Shown: one piece after another, positions 38,785 to 51,998 of the stretch
How the letters are laid out: the number at the start of each line of letters is the position of its first letter
How positions within the stretch are numbered: position 1 is the stretch's first letter
DNA from: Octopus vulgaris
Taxonomy: Eukaryota
Length of the DNA: 64,000 nt
Assembly (NCBI GenBank): GCA_951406725.2
Contig: OX597816.1
Span: 151,900,001 to 151,964,000, forward strand
Reading direction: 5' to 3'
The notes under the pieces: model-generated
Seen by the model: the letters and a program-made list of their open reading frames with translations, nothing else
Databases searched by the model: none
Told to the model about the DNA's origin: nothing
Translations under genes and position numbers: made by a program

Positions 38785-39335
38785 GTGTGAAGAAGTGTCA
38801 CACCCTAACAATGAAAGGAACCTGTGGAAGAGGTAGACCCATGGGATGAGGTGGTGAAGCATGACCTTCAAACATTGGGCCTCACAGAGGCAATGGCAAG
38901 CGACCAAGACCTTTAGAGATATGCCATGCTTGAGAAGACCCGGCAAGCCAAGTGAGATTGTAGTCATGGCTAATGCCAGTGTCACATAACAGGCCTATTT
39001 AAAAGCATCCTTTAATTGTTGGGCAATATGTGAAGATCTGTTGAACTGAGTGAGATCATAATCATGACCAATGCCAGTGCCCTCTGACTGGCACCCGTGC
39101 TGGTAGCACATAAAAAGCACCATTCAAGCAAGGCTGATACCAGTGCCACCTGACTGGCTCCCATGCTGGTTGCATATAAAAAGCATTTACTACAGTCTTG
39201 GAGTGGTTGGCATTAGGAAGGGTATCCAGCTATAGAACTTTGCCAACTCAGATTGGAGCCTGGTGCAGCCTCCCGGGTTGCCAGTTCTCAGTCAAATTGT
39301 CCAACCCATGGAAAGCAGATGCTAAATGATGATGA

Positions 39336-39338
<3 letters not shown>
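38785..39338 (+). mobile_element. RTE 3' fragment (ORF end, 3' UTR and GAT tail)
   Basis: CVKKCHTLTMKGTCGRGRP.WDEVVKHDLQTLGL, then a 3' UTR ending ...gcagatgctaaatgatgatgatg. Confidence 0.85.
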
Positions 39339-39398
<60 letters not shown>

Positions 39399-39773
39399 TA
39401 TATACATACATACATGCAAAGGGTTCTTTCAATTTCTGTCTACTGAATCCACTCACAATGTTTTGGTAAATCTTGAACTATAGTATAGGAAACTTGCTTA
39501 AGGTTCCACTCAATGGAATTGAACCCAAGACTACTGGATTGGGAAGAAAGTCTCTTAATCACACAGTTACTCCTGTGCCTATTTGAGGAAGACTTGGCTT
39601 CCTCAAATCACAATCTATCATCTTAAATAAAGAGGGACATTTATTGAAGAATATAATTAGTGAGATACACAAAAAAAACAGAGTCTTTTGAATGAAGTGC
39701 CTTTGATCAGAGGACTAAATCATAATAGGAGTATTTTATATTCTTTTTGACTATAGTTTTATTTTCTCTCTCT

Positions 39774-39856
<83 letters not shown>

Positions 39857-42563
39857 TCTTACTTCAGTTGGATAGTTCTGCAAATTTTATATATGTGTAT
39901 TTGAATGATCAGAATCTGTGATTTCCTTCCGGATATTCATTCTTTCAAATGTTAACTCTACATCAGTCAAATAGATTTTGTCTTTTTGTCTTAACTAGAT
40001 AGCGTGAATCCATCATAAATAGTATGAGTAATCTTGCTGAAGCTATACACTTTGAAAACATCCTCACTTTCAGTACAGAACAACATTATAACAAATTAAA
40101 CAGAATAGAGTTAAGGAAATTACACACTTTGATCCCCAAAACTGAGGTTTAGTTAGCTGTTAGTATTGATTTATGTTCTGTTAGTTGTTTTGCATATCTC
40201 ACAGTGGAGTGTATCATTTTCCATGAGAGATCTATAACTATCCCATCGATATTACAGTATTTCTTCCCCGTAAATAAACAGTTAACTATATGTAAATGTA
40301 GCTCCATAGCACTTTTAGTCAGCTATTATAGAATGTTTTGCTTTTTAACATTTTAAATGTTTTTTTGCTTCTGTTTTCTACTGGAGGCTAAAGACGTTTT
40401 GAAATTGTACAGCTTCAGTAAGACTGCTATAGTTTGTTTTTCCAATTTTACTTATTGCCTAACACATTTCATTTTATCTATCTCCTATTTTCTATTGCTC
40501 TCATTCTTTTTAGGGGTTGCTTGGTTTGTTTCATCCTTGAGACAAAACACTTTATTATGAAGCTAATTATCTTTGGTTAATTGATACTTCTGATGGATAT
40601 GAAATAGTAAAATGGATAAAGTGTTGAGCTAGCAACTCATAGTTTTTGAATTCATATTAACTGTAAATGCTTTGATGTGTTTCTGAGCTGTAAACATAAT
40701 TCTACTATATGTCAGATAATTCGTCATGAATGAATAGCAAATTATTTTGGAATGTAATCTACTTGCAGCTGGATTGCTTTTCAGATGAAGATTTATCACT
40801 TATCTGCTTCACATCATAAACAGTAGCTAAGTATTAGCTTCTCGTAATCCATCATTGAAGGATTTGATCTTTGTACTGTAGTTTAAAGAAACTTCTTGTC
40901 ATTTCCTAGTTTTCACTGTTTTTACTTCCTAGTTTTCTTTCTTCATCGAATTGTACTGTCTTTCTCTCATTCTTTTATTTTATTATTCACCATCTTACAT
41001 ACTCACTCAAACTCTCCTCCTCTCTTCATCTGCCAATTCACCTCATCTGAGGTTTGGACCCAAACATGGAACTCTGAGTATCAAAATCTAAAATGACCTG
41101 AGCAAATAAAGTTTTCTTCATAAGATGTTATGTTGCAGCCAACTAGTTTTCTTAGTAGACTAGCTGGCCCTGTGCCATCAAAAATGATGGCTAATTGTAG
41201 TATTTTATATATAAATGGGTACAAAAAGGTGAAAAAAGATCAAACAGTGCTTCAACTGTGTGAGTATTCCCCCCTTTTACACGCATACACATATGCTCAC
41301 ACAGAGTTGAAGTGCTGTTGGATTTTTGCTTCACTGTTGACTTTTAACCATCCCACTTCCATTGGTGAATCACCCCTTACTTTCTCATGCATATATTGTG
41401 ATGGAGAAATACACAAGAGTATTATTATAGCAGAAGGTAATTATAGTAGAAGATACACGACACTTTCTTTACCACTTCCTCTCTCTCATGGCTATTACTT
41501 TCTCTCACTCCCTCTCAGTCATGGCTATTATTCTCACTACTTCTCCTTCACTGAATTACTATTTTCTCTCCTCTCCCTTCACTATTCACTCCTACTGTCT
41601 GATTTTGGACAAATATATATATATACAAATATATAAAAACACTACACTAGTTATTATATTAGAAGATAATCTAGGTTGCAATTATTTTTATTGTCTATTT
41701 TTCTGTAGTTGAGCTTTTTTTTTCAGTCTTCATTTCTGTCTTGCAAAAAAAAAAAAAAAAATTCATAATTGTAACCCCAAATATTCTCTATTAACACATA
41801 AGCTGGCCACAGAAAAGTGTCCAAAGGTAAAACTTCTCTATAATCAAACCAACAGGTAATAGGGTACTAGCTATACAGTCTGACAAAGTCAAAGTGTTTC
41901 TTTACCTTTGAAGCTCATGATTGAAAAATATTAATGCGTCATTATGTACAGGCATCGCTGTGTGGTTAAGCAGCTATGGTTTTGAGTTTAGTGCCGTTGT
42001 ACAGCTCCTTGAGCAAGTGTCTTCTGCAATAGTCTTGAGCCAACTAATAATTTGTGAGTTAATTTGGTTACCAGAAATTGTGAGGAAGCCTGTCAAGTAT
42101 GTATGTATGTATGTATGTATGTATGTATGTATGTATGTATGTATGTATGTATGTATGTATGTATGTATGTATGTGTCTATGTTTGCTTCCCATTACTGCT
42201 TAACAACTGGTCTTGGCAAAAATACAAATAGAATAAGTATGATGTTTAAAAAAACAAATATTGGGGTCAGTTTGCTGGACAGAACTTTTCAAGGCCACAC
42301 TCCAATGATTGAAAAAATTACAAGATAAAGGTAAAAAGGAAGAAGACTATAGCCTTGTGAGTGGATTTGGTTGACAGAAATTGAAAGAAGTTTGTCGTAT
42401 ATACATATATACACTGCTGAGTTACAGAGATATAAACAAACCAACACAAGTTGTCAAGTGGAGGTGGAGGACAAACACAAAGACATACACATACATATAT
42501 ACATACATACATACATACATACATACATACATACATACATACATACATACATACATACATACA

Positions 42564-42598
<35 letters not shown>

Positions 42599-42599
42599 G

Positions 42600-42980
42600 T
42601 ATCAGGTTGAGTAAAAAGTAAGCAACATTTTGAACCATGAAGAATTTGTGCCGGATTTTTGCAGAGTTTTGAATTTTTTAAACATATATTTGCAATTGTC
42701 TGATAATACAAATGCATCAATAAATTAACACTGATATTTTTTTATCAATACAATCATCTGAAATGGAACTGTCAAAGCAATATGTTCGAGCAATTTTGCT
42801 ATTCAACTTCAAAAAAGGATGTAAAACAGGAGAAACTGCTCATGATTTCAATGAAATATTTGGTGAGGAAATGACCAGTGAGTGGTCAGATTAAAAATAA
42901 TTTAAATTTTGCAGTGGAGACCTTAGCCTTGAAGATCGTGAGTATAGTGGATGCCCATCCGTCATCTGGTTGATAACTGA
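42600..42980 (+). mobile_element. Mariner element 5' relic (TIR and N-terminal HTH of transposase)
   Basis: TA-tcaggttgagtaaaaagtaa resembles a TIR. From ATG 42763: MELSKQYVRAILLFNFKKGCKTGETAHDFNEIFGEEMTSE...*/ FCSGDLSLEDREYSGCPS, matching the mariner F.SGD.SLED..RSGRP motif. Confidence 0.85.
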
Positions 42981-43398
42981 TGAAAAATTAGGGACCTTCT
43001 GTGTCTGTCTTCCATCCATTTGTGCATTCAATATATGCTATACGTTTTTATTTGTCATTTGTGTATTTACTATACATTTTTTTCATTTATTAAGTAACAG
43101 AACGCAATGCACCCTGGCTTTTATTAACAGTAAGTTATATATATGTATGTATGTGAATATATCTATGTCTATGTGTACCTTTGTGATTGTCTGTCACCAC
43201 TTCTTAACGACCAGAGTTGGTTTGTTTACACCCCTACAACTTAGCAGTTCAGCAAAAGAGACCAATAGAATAAATACCAGGCTTAAAAAATAAGTACTGA
43301 GGTAAATTCAGTTGACTAAACGAACCCTTCAATACAGTGCCCCAGCATGGCCACAGTCCAAAGACTGAAATGAATGAAAGATAAAAGAGAAAAAAGGA

Positions 43399-43576
43399 TA
43401 TGTGTATTGTCATATATTATTGCCTTTGTGAAATTATCAGCTGCTATGACAACCTAAATTGTTATGTACACTTTGTTGCATAATGACATTAAATCAGATG
43501 GAAGTATTTTAGCATTAGCTTTAGTGACACATGAAAAAATATTGCTTTCCATTTAATTTCATCCCGCTTCCTTGTA

Positions 43577-43636
<60 letters not shown>

Positions 43637-43884
43637 CACACATATATGTATATATATGAATGGAAGAATGGATAAAAAGACAAAGAAAATAAGTAAAAAA
43701 ATATCTATAGAAGGTGCCAAATGCCAGATAGTGGTGCTGGAAGATAAAACAACAAGCTTGAGATCAATATACATCAAGGTAGGATGAGTGATTTGATTGA
43801 ATTGACTCTTGAGAGAAAGGTGTAAAAATCACAAAGCAACAGGTGTAACAGGTGGAAGATGTGTTGTTTGAACATACACACACA
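43399..43884. repeat. Inverted duplication, copy B (partner at 6487-6925)
   Basis: Reverse complement of 6487-6925, with a few substitutions, a 3-bp indel and a longer internal (TA)n. Confidence 0.95.
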
Positions 43885-44067
43885 TATGTGTGCATGTGTA
43901 TAAATATGTATGTATATTTAAATATGTATGTATATATGTGTATATGTTTGTTCTTCAATCAGTTTACTGAATAAGCTGCAAGAGTCAAAATTTGAAGTTG
44001 TTTAAGAGCTTTATAATTTAATGATTTAATGACCCTAATATTAGTACAAGCACTGACACATAAGCTT

Positions 44068-44096
44068 AGAAAGGCAGTATGCCATACTGCCTTTCT
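44068..44096. repeat. Perfect 14-bp inverted repeat with 1-nt spacer
   Basis: AGAAAGGCAGTATG-C-CATACTGCCTTTCT. Confidence 0.95.
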
Positions 44097-45504
44097 GACG
44101 CCGTCTGTAGAAATTCGTTTTCATATTTTTCTTTTACTGATGCCTCCAGCCAAGAAAATTTGTTGACAATACAACTTGTTACATGGTTGTGTCATCAGTG
44201 ACTAAATCAAGAGTCCCACTTGGCTGATCAGGTGAGGAAAGTTGCTAGAAACCCAGCAGGAGAAAAACACAGCCTGTCATAAAGATGGATGAATCCAGCA
44301 TGGTGTGAACATCTATCTAGAAATATTACACCAAAATATAGATGTACTTGAGATGGTGAATGAGCATACCATAAAGACAGTGGAAGTGAAGGGTATGTTT
44401 GTAACATTTTGCTGTGGTGAAGGCATAGGGAGAAGGTTGCTCCAAATAAAATCCTGATAGGTTAAGCCAATATAATCATTGATTTGCAACCTTTTGTAAT
44501 ATCTAATGGTTTTAGTATTTGTTTTGTTTTTGGTAACTTTAGCCAAGTTAACCAGTATGGTGCTGAGCAAGCTTTTTGTTATGGATACCTGATATCTTCT
44601 TTTTTGCTATAGATATCATAGGTCTTATCAGTGGTGCTACTTTCTCATACGGTTGTTACTCTGTGGTATATTAGCAAATAATGGTTGTACTCCTTATTGG
44701 ATTTTGTAAAAGCGCCCCATCAGATTTTGAAGTGACAACATCACTGTAGATGCATCTCTTATGTATCAACCTTGGTTGCCTCTTTGCTCTCTCAGGCCTA
44801 TTTAAAATGTTATATTTTGTTAAACTTGTGGTTGCACAAATCATACTGCAAAGTAGCAATTTCCAATCTTTTACCATTGCAACTCATTTTAGTAAATCAA
44901 TAATCATTCTTAACTTTTTTCTCAAAATTTAAATTTTAATAAAAAACCTTTTTCCAAAAATGCAATAACTATTTCTATATAAATCGATTCTAGGGGAGCA
45001 CATATAACACTTTATATTTCGATGGTGGTGGGGAAATATTCCTCCTGTTTTGCTTGCAGTAAATGTTATATTGTTGCTCTTATGACCATGGTTGGTTGTA
45101 TAACATATTTATGAACAAATTTTACAGCTCTTTTTGCTGTTGTGGCTGTATGTATTATTTATGAGTAGTTGTAAGTGTTTACGTTGAGCAGATTGGGAAA
45201 ACTACCCAAGAATGTCCACCTAAATGCCAGTAATATACTGGGGTCTGAGGTCAATATAATCAGTTACGTTCCTCCTCTTGTAGTAATTTGTCTTTGCTTA
45301 GTTAAAAGGAATCAATATATTTCCCTCTTTTATCTCTCTGATTCCATTTGATCAATGCTTGGCTCCTGTAACCATGACAACAAGATAACAACAGGTCATG
45401 GTTGGTCATGTGTATATGTGTATGATGTGTATCATATGTGTTTGTATGTGTTGTGTGTGTGGGTAGTGGTGGTGGTGGTGGTGGTGGTGGTGGCGTGTGT
45501 GTGT

Positions 45505-45548
<44 letters not shown>

Positions 45549-46191
45549 ATGTGTATTTGTGTTTTGTCATCAGAAATGTGCAAGAGACCTCAAAAACTAC
45601 CCAACTCTGCCTGGTTGACACCATGGAAAATAATGTGACATTGATGGTTGGCTTGTCACATAAATTGCATTTGCTCCTGTTTTCACATCCATTTTCCATA
45701 TTTACACAGGTAGAAAGGAAAAAAGAAAAAGAAAAGCAGATAAGAAATGAAATAACATAGAGTGTTAATGGAAACATACAGAAAAGAGTGAAGTTCTAGT
45801 GGTGGTAGTGGTGATGGTGGTGATGGCGATAGTAGTGGTGGTAATGGAGGTGACAGTGATGGTAGTGACAGTGGTGGAGGTGGTGGTGGTGATTATTAAA
45901 CAAACAATAACAGTTATAACATTGACAACAGTATTGTTTATTAAAACAGAATTTGATTCTGAAACAGTATTTTAATTACAAGCACTAATGGTTACAGAAA
46001 GAAACGAGGCATGTGTATCTTTCTGAGAGAGATTATATTAGAGAGATGACTAGGAGAATAAGAATAACAATGTAACATGTGAGAGAGAGAGAGAGAAGAG
46101 AAGAAAGAAGGGGAGGAAAGTTGGAGAGAGAACTGGCAGTGAAAAAATAAAAGAAGCACAATCAATGAGTGAGAGACATGCAAAGTTATTG

Positions 46192-46258
<67 letters not shown>

Positions 46259-46753
46259 AGGAGAGATGGAAGAAAGAGCGAAGGAGGGAGAGAGGGAAGA
46301 AAGAGCGAAGGAGGGAGAGAGGGAAGAAAGAGGGAGGGAGGGAGAGAGAGACGATTAGGGGATATAAAGAAAAATAGACAGAAAGCAAAATAGATGGCAA
46401 GTGAAGCAAATACAAAGAGAGGGGAGTAGGTTGAGAGTGAGAAAAGAAGAAATGGATAGAATGAACAGAAAGAAAGCAATGAGAAGTAAATACTCTATAT
46501 TTATATAAACACACATTTAATCATGATATAGAGGTGAGGAGAAGGGTTTTAAACTTTTCTCTTGGGGATAAAATGTTTAGACATATTTCCTTAAGCAGAA
46601 TGCAGTTAATGGAATGGTTTCTACTCTTAAAAGAAATGAAAGTTCTTTGTTTATTTTATCTGGATGCAGATAGGATATGTATCGATGAAATTAATTAAAT
46701 GAGACGGAATCAAAGTTTTGTTAAGGAGTGACTAATTCTTTCTCAACATGTCT

Positions 46754-47040
46754 AAGCACTGGTGATGGCACCTCACAAAAATCACAGGTGCTGGTGTCAA
46801 GTAAAAAGCACTAGTGCTGATGCCATGTAAAAAGCACTGATGATGGTGCCACATAAAAAAACACTGGTGCTGGTGTCATATAAAAAGCACTGGTTCCGCA
46901 TAAAAAGCACTGTTGCTGGTGCCACTCAAAAAGCACTTGTGCTGGTGCCACATAAAAAGCACTGGTGCTGGTACCCCATAAAAAGCACTAGTGAAGGTGC
47001 AGCTTAAAAAGCACTGGTGCTGGTGTCATGTAAAAAGCAC
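46754..47040 (+). repeat. ~26-bp tandem array (~11 units) within an RTE-type 3' UTR
   Basis: Unit consensus aagcactggtgctggtgccacataaa. It runs directly into aagcacccagtacactctgtaaagtggttgg...ggaagggcatccagc and a (GAT)n tail at ~47190-47280. Confidence 0.9.
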
Positions 47041-47419
47041 CCAGTACACTCTGTAAAGTGGTTGGTATTAGGAAGGGCATCCAGCTTTAGAAGCCAAACC
47101 AAAACAGACAATGGAACCTGGTGTGGCTCCTGCCTTAGCAGTTCCTTTCAAACCATCCAACCTATGCCAGCATGGAAAACAGGTAATAAATGATGATGAT
47201 GATGATGATAATGACTATGATGATGACGATGATGATGATGACAATGATGACAATGACGACAATGATGATGATGATGGTGATCTATTTTGATTTCTAACAT
47301 AAGCAGAAGGGGACCACCAGTTTGAGGGATGTGAGACAGTTAATCATATCAAGACCCATGCTTGACTAATACTTATTTTAATGACCCCAGATGAATGTAA
47401 TGTAAAGTTGACTTTAATG

Positions 47420-48541
47420 GGAGGCCTTAGAGTTAAGCTAGCAAAAACCAGTCTTAGTAAGTTGGAAGACAGACAAATAACAAATCCCTTCAGGTAGATA
47501 GCCCTGCTCAATCTGTAGAAAAGGCATAGATGGCTGAGGTTATCTAAGTGACCAAGTTCTGTTATCCAGGTGACCAAGTTAGTTGCTTTGAGAGACATAG
47601 CTGTGAGAATAAGAATAGGTTGGGTAAAGTTGAGAGAGCTCCTACCTTTGTTGGCAACAAAGGGCCTCTCCCTCAGAGTGAAAGGCAGATTGCATGATGC
47701 CTGTGTGCAAACAGCTATTATACACAGCAGTGAAACATAGGCTGTGACAGCTGAGCACATGCGTAACCCTGAAAGAAATGAAGCCAGTATGCTTCACTAA
47801 ATGTGCAATGTTGGTGTGCATGTTCGACAGAGTGTAAGTATCTTGAGAGAAAAGTTGGGCATAAGAGGCATCAGATGTGGTGTGCAAGAGAGATGACTGC
47901 ACTGATATGGTCATGTGATGCATATAGATGAGGACAGCTGTGTAAAGAAGTGTTGATCTGCAACTGTGGAGGGAACCTGTGGTAGAGGTAGACCCAGAAA
48001 GACAGGACAAGGTGGTGAAGCATGCTCTTCAAACTTTGAGCCTGACAGAGGCAATGACTGATGACTGAGACCTTTGGCGATATGCTGTGCTTGAGAAGAC
48101 CCGTCAAGCCAAGTGAGATCATAGTCGTGGCTGATGCTGGTGTCATGTAACTGGCACCTGTGCACTGGTACATAAAAAGCACTTTCCAAACATTGGGTCT
48201 CGCAGATGCAAAGTGACCAATGCCAGTGGCATGTGAAAAGCTCCTTTCGAGTGTTGGGCCTCATGGACACAATGGCAAATTACAGAGACCTTTGGCATTA
48301 TGTTGTGCTTGAGAAAAAGACCCATCAAGTAAAATCACAGTTGTGACAGATACTGGTGTCATGCAAATGGCATCCATACTGGTGGCACAAAAAAGCACCC
48401 ATTATACTCTCGGAATGGTTGGCATTAGGAAGGGCATCATGCCAAATCAGACTGGTGCAGCCTTCTAGCTTGCTAGCTTTGGTCAAACCATGCAACCCAT
48501 GCCAGCATGGACAGCATACATTAAAGGATGATGATGATGAT
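47420..48541 (+). mobile_element. RTE-clade LINE 3' fragment (family of 2514-3968) with internal deletion
   Basis: GLRVKLAKT...PSGR*PCSICRKGI, then a jump to YLSDQ...RIRIGWVKLRELLPLLATKGLSLRVKGRLHDACVQTA, then the 3' UTR and GAT tail. Confidence 0.85.
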
Positions 48542-49299
48542 TTTGTCTGCTGCTGCTATATTGATTTTGATTCTCCCATTCATTATCCCTGTTTCTATAT
48601 TGGTGGAGTCATAGTAGGATTGGGTACAAAGGGTTACAATGTTAGTATTTCAATATCAACACCCATACCCACTTATAGAAAGCAAGCTGATTAATTTCTG
48701 GTGGATTCTTGAGATATGTATTTGTTATAGAAAACTGTTGTTCTGCTCTACTATGCTATTTTACACTGATTAGGAAGTCAGAATTTAAGAATCTGACCAA
48801 CCTAAGCACTAATTTGTTGCATATCTACGCTTATTTATATTAGTGTCTTACCAACACACACACACATGTATATATGTATATATGGTGAGTTATATACAAA
48901 TATATATATACTTTCTCCATCTCTGTATATCTGCTGTGTCTCTACCATTGATTTCCTTCAATTTATTTGACATTAACTGAATCTTTTGGTATTGGAGAAT
49001 TCATATGGGTGGGTTCAACTGGTTCTTTGCCATGAGGATGGAATCTGCAACATGTCTGCAACCTGGTGTTTCCAAATTTTTTTCATTTATGAATATGGAG
49101 TTATATTTTTACTATTAATATTTTTTTTAGGCTTTATTTTCTTGTCACAATGTATTTACTTAGAAATTTCTCTTTGAAGATATGGCTCATTATGTATGCA
49201 ATGTATATATGTAAATATGTAAGAATGTACATATATATACATACATACATGCATGCATACATTACATACACGCATACGTGTGTGTGTGTGTGTGTGTAT

Positions 49300-49724
49300 A
49301 AGAAGCATCAGATGCTGTGTGCAAGAGAAAAGACAGTATTGGTTTGGTCATGTGATGCATATGGATAAAGACAGCTATGTAAAGAAATGCCGAGCTCTAA
49401 TTGTGTGGGGGGGAACCTGTGGAACTGTGGAAAGGGTAGACTCAGGAAGATGTGGGATGAAGTGGTGAGAAAGGATCTTCTGACACTGAGCCCCACTGAG
49501 GAAATGACAAGTGACTGGGAGTTGTGGTGATTTGCTGTAGTTGAGAAGATGTGTCAAGTTAAATAAAATCACTGTTGTCCATACATACAGGCTTGTCCTT
49601 TACAGGTGCTTTTTTTTTTACATAAAATACACTCGTGCCAGTGCAGTGTATATACATCCATGCTGATGGCATGTAGAAAGTGCCCAGCACACTCTGTAAA
49701 GTGGTTGGCATTAGGAAGGGCATC

Positions 49725-49757
<33 letters not shown>
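49300..49757 (+). mobile_element. RTE 3' fragment
   Basis: IRSIRCCVQEKRQYWFGHVMHMDKDSYVKKCR...; ends ggaagggcatc-(tga)n. Confidence 0.8.
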
Positions 49758-49813
<56 letters not shown>

Positions 49814-50389
49814 CATACACATATATATACACACATACATATGGAACTCACCATAAATAATATTCTTTAATTTTTTAGACACATTCCCATTTTATGAAAG
49901 TATTGAAGTGGATGTTTGGCTACTAAAAATAGAATCTCAAATTTCCCTTAAACCATTCCCTGCTATTTTAAATTAGAAGCACTTTAGTTCCTGATTTACA
50001 AAAAATGGTTGGATAATCATGAATGGAATACTTTTGATCATAAGCCTGCAGGACCAGGCCTGACCTGGTGCTAAACAATAACAACAACAGCAGTTGTTTC
50101 ATCTTTGCTATCAACCTGGCATAGGTGCATGGTAAGAAGTTTGCTTTCCAAAAAAAAAAAAAAAACATGGTTTCAGCTTGGTTCCTTGGGCAAATGTCTT
50201 CTACTATAGCCATGGATCAACCAATGTCTTGTAAGAGGATTTTGCAGATGGAAGCTGAAAGAAGTATATCCTATAAATGTGTGTGTATGTGTGCATGCGT
50301 GTGTATATGTGTGTGCATGCATGCGTGGGTGTGTGTTTGTCTGTGTGTGCAGGATGCAAGAAGTATTCAAGGTCATATTTGGTAATTTA

Positions 50390-51567
50390 ATAAAAGAACT
50401 TTAATCTAGCAAAAACCAAATATATTTTAATAAAAAAATCTGTGCACATGTTCTTGATAAACTTTCTTAAAAGATTATTCAATGAATGTACCTTCATCTT
50501 TGATGATTTCTCCAATACAGGACTAGAATTGTTGACATAACTGCACTAAATAGTCCTTATTCATTTTGGACATCATATGGGCAATGGTCACCTTCAGTGT
50601 AGCTATGGCCTTGTGAGAATCTCCATTAGTCTCCTTTTAACAACATTCCATGGTGAATTTGGAAGTCAAAGGTTTAGTGTTACATAATCGTACACATCGT
50701 CTGACATCCAGGCTTATGTTACGTGGGCTTTGTGAGCTTTTTAAGTGCTGAGTCTTGTTGAAACACAAATTGCCTTTCACTGCATACTTCATGCATTCAG
50801 GGCTTAATACTTGTCTCCAGCACCTCAGCATATCCAGTGGCATTAATTTTAAGACCCTGTAGTGAGATGTTAGGTGGCATGATATAGCCTTCATTACTCA
50901 CCACTCCTAAAACCACCACAATTGTTGGAAAGCCAGTGTACATCACACTGGGGACATCAGGAGGATCTGTATACAACCATCTATCATCTCTTCTTTTAGG
51001 CTTTTGGTTTTAGTTGAAGTTCTTCTCGTCTTCTCATCAGAGAAGAACCAAAGCAAGCCATGTGTGAGAGAGTTTTTAACTGCTTGGCATGAATGGAATT
51101 GCTTTCCTATGTCTTCACAGACATGATTTAGCCTCTCCTCAATGCATATTACTCGTATCAAATGTCCTTGTGCACCACAGTTCTAATAGTTCACTCTGAC
51201 ATCTGAAGTCTTAGATGATGGCTTTCATTGATTTTCAAGGAACATTAACAGTAATGTTTGATGTTCACTGGATGAATTGTGAAGTCCTTATAGAATCTAA
51301 ATGTTTAGAATATTTTTTTCTCTTTGATACAGTTAAAATACTTCTACCAGAGGCTTCCGATTCCATTCAAACTTTATGTACAAAAGATCTTGCATCATTT
51401 AGAAAGTTAGCAATGTTTGAATCCCTGTGTCATACACATTTGGAAACAATGACTGCATATTTTTTTAATTTCTTGTGTTAGCATTTTCTCTGCCTGGGGT
51501 ATCTGAAAGACATAAAGATCTTTAATTGGCTTGAAGATAATTGTCTTTAAATACTCCTTGGACCCTG
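50390..51567 (-). mobile_element. Tc1/mariner (maT-like) DNA transposon pseudogene
   Basis: TA|CAGGGTCC left end at 51567. Minus-strand translation: LLWFFSDEK...DDRWL...FPTIVVVLGVVSNEGYIMPP...GLKINATGYAEVLETSIKP*...FVFQQDSA..AH...*LPNSP. The first two catalytic Asp are visible; the third is deleted. Confidence 0.88.
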
Positions 51568-51689
51568 TATATGTGTATGTGTGTGTGTGTGTGTGTGTGT
51601 GTAGTACTGCTTCTAATTTATATTTCAATATACACATACACACATATATACATGTATGTATGTGCTTGTGTGTGTTTGTGTGCTTGTGT

Positions 51690-51739
<50 letters not shown>

Positions 51740-51967
51740 TACCATCTTATTGCCTTAACTTCATATAATAGTTATAAATATCACTGTTATACAAGCAGTT
51801 TTCTTTGTTACCAATATTCTTTGAAAAAAATGCCTTGTCAGGGAGAAATATTATCTTGCTTTGAAACAGGTCAGGGCTGACAACAGGAAAAGTATCCAGC
51901 TGTAGAAAATCCACCTCAGCAAGTTCTGTCTGACTGATGCAAGTATGGAAAAGTGGACAGTAAAACA

Positions 51968-51998
<31 letters not shown>

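Noticed and set aside
44290-44890. Possible additional RT relic
   Set aside because: Only a weak PLIRPMIS-like motif is visible, too degraded to call.
46754-47040. CRISPR-like repeat array
   Set aside because: The units are contiguous degenerate tandem copies with no unique spacers and no cas genes. The context is eukaryotic and the array is part of a retroposon 3' UTR.
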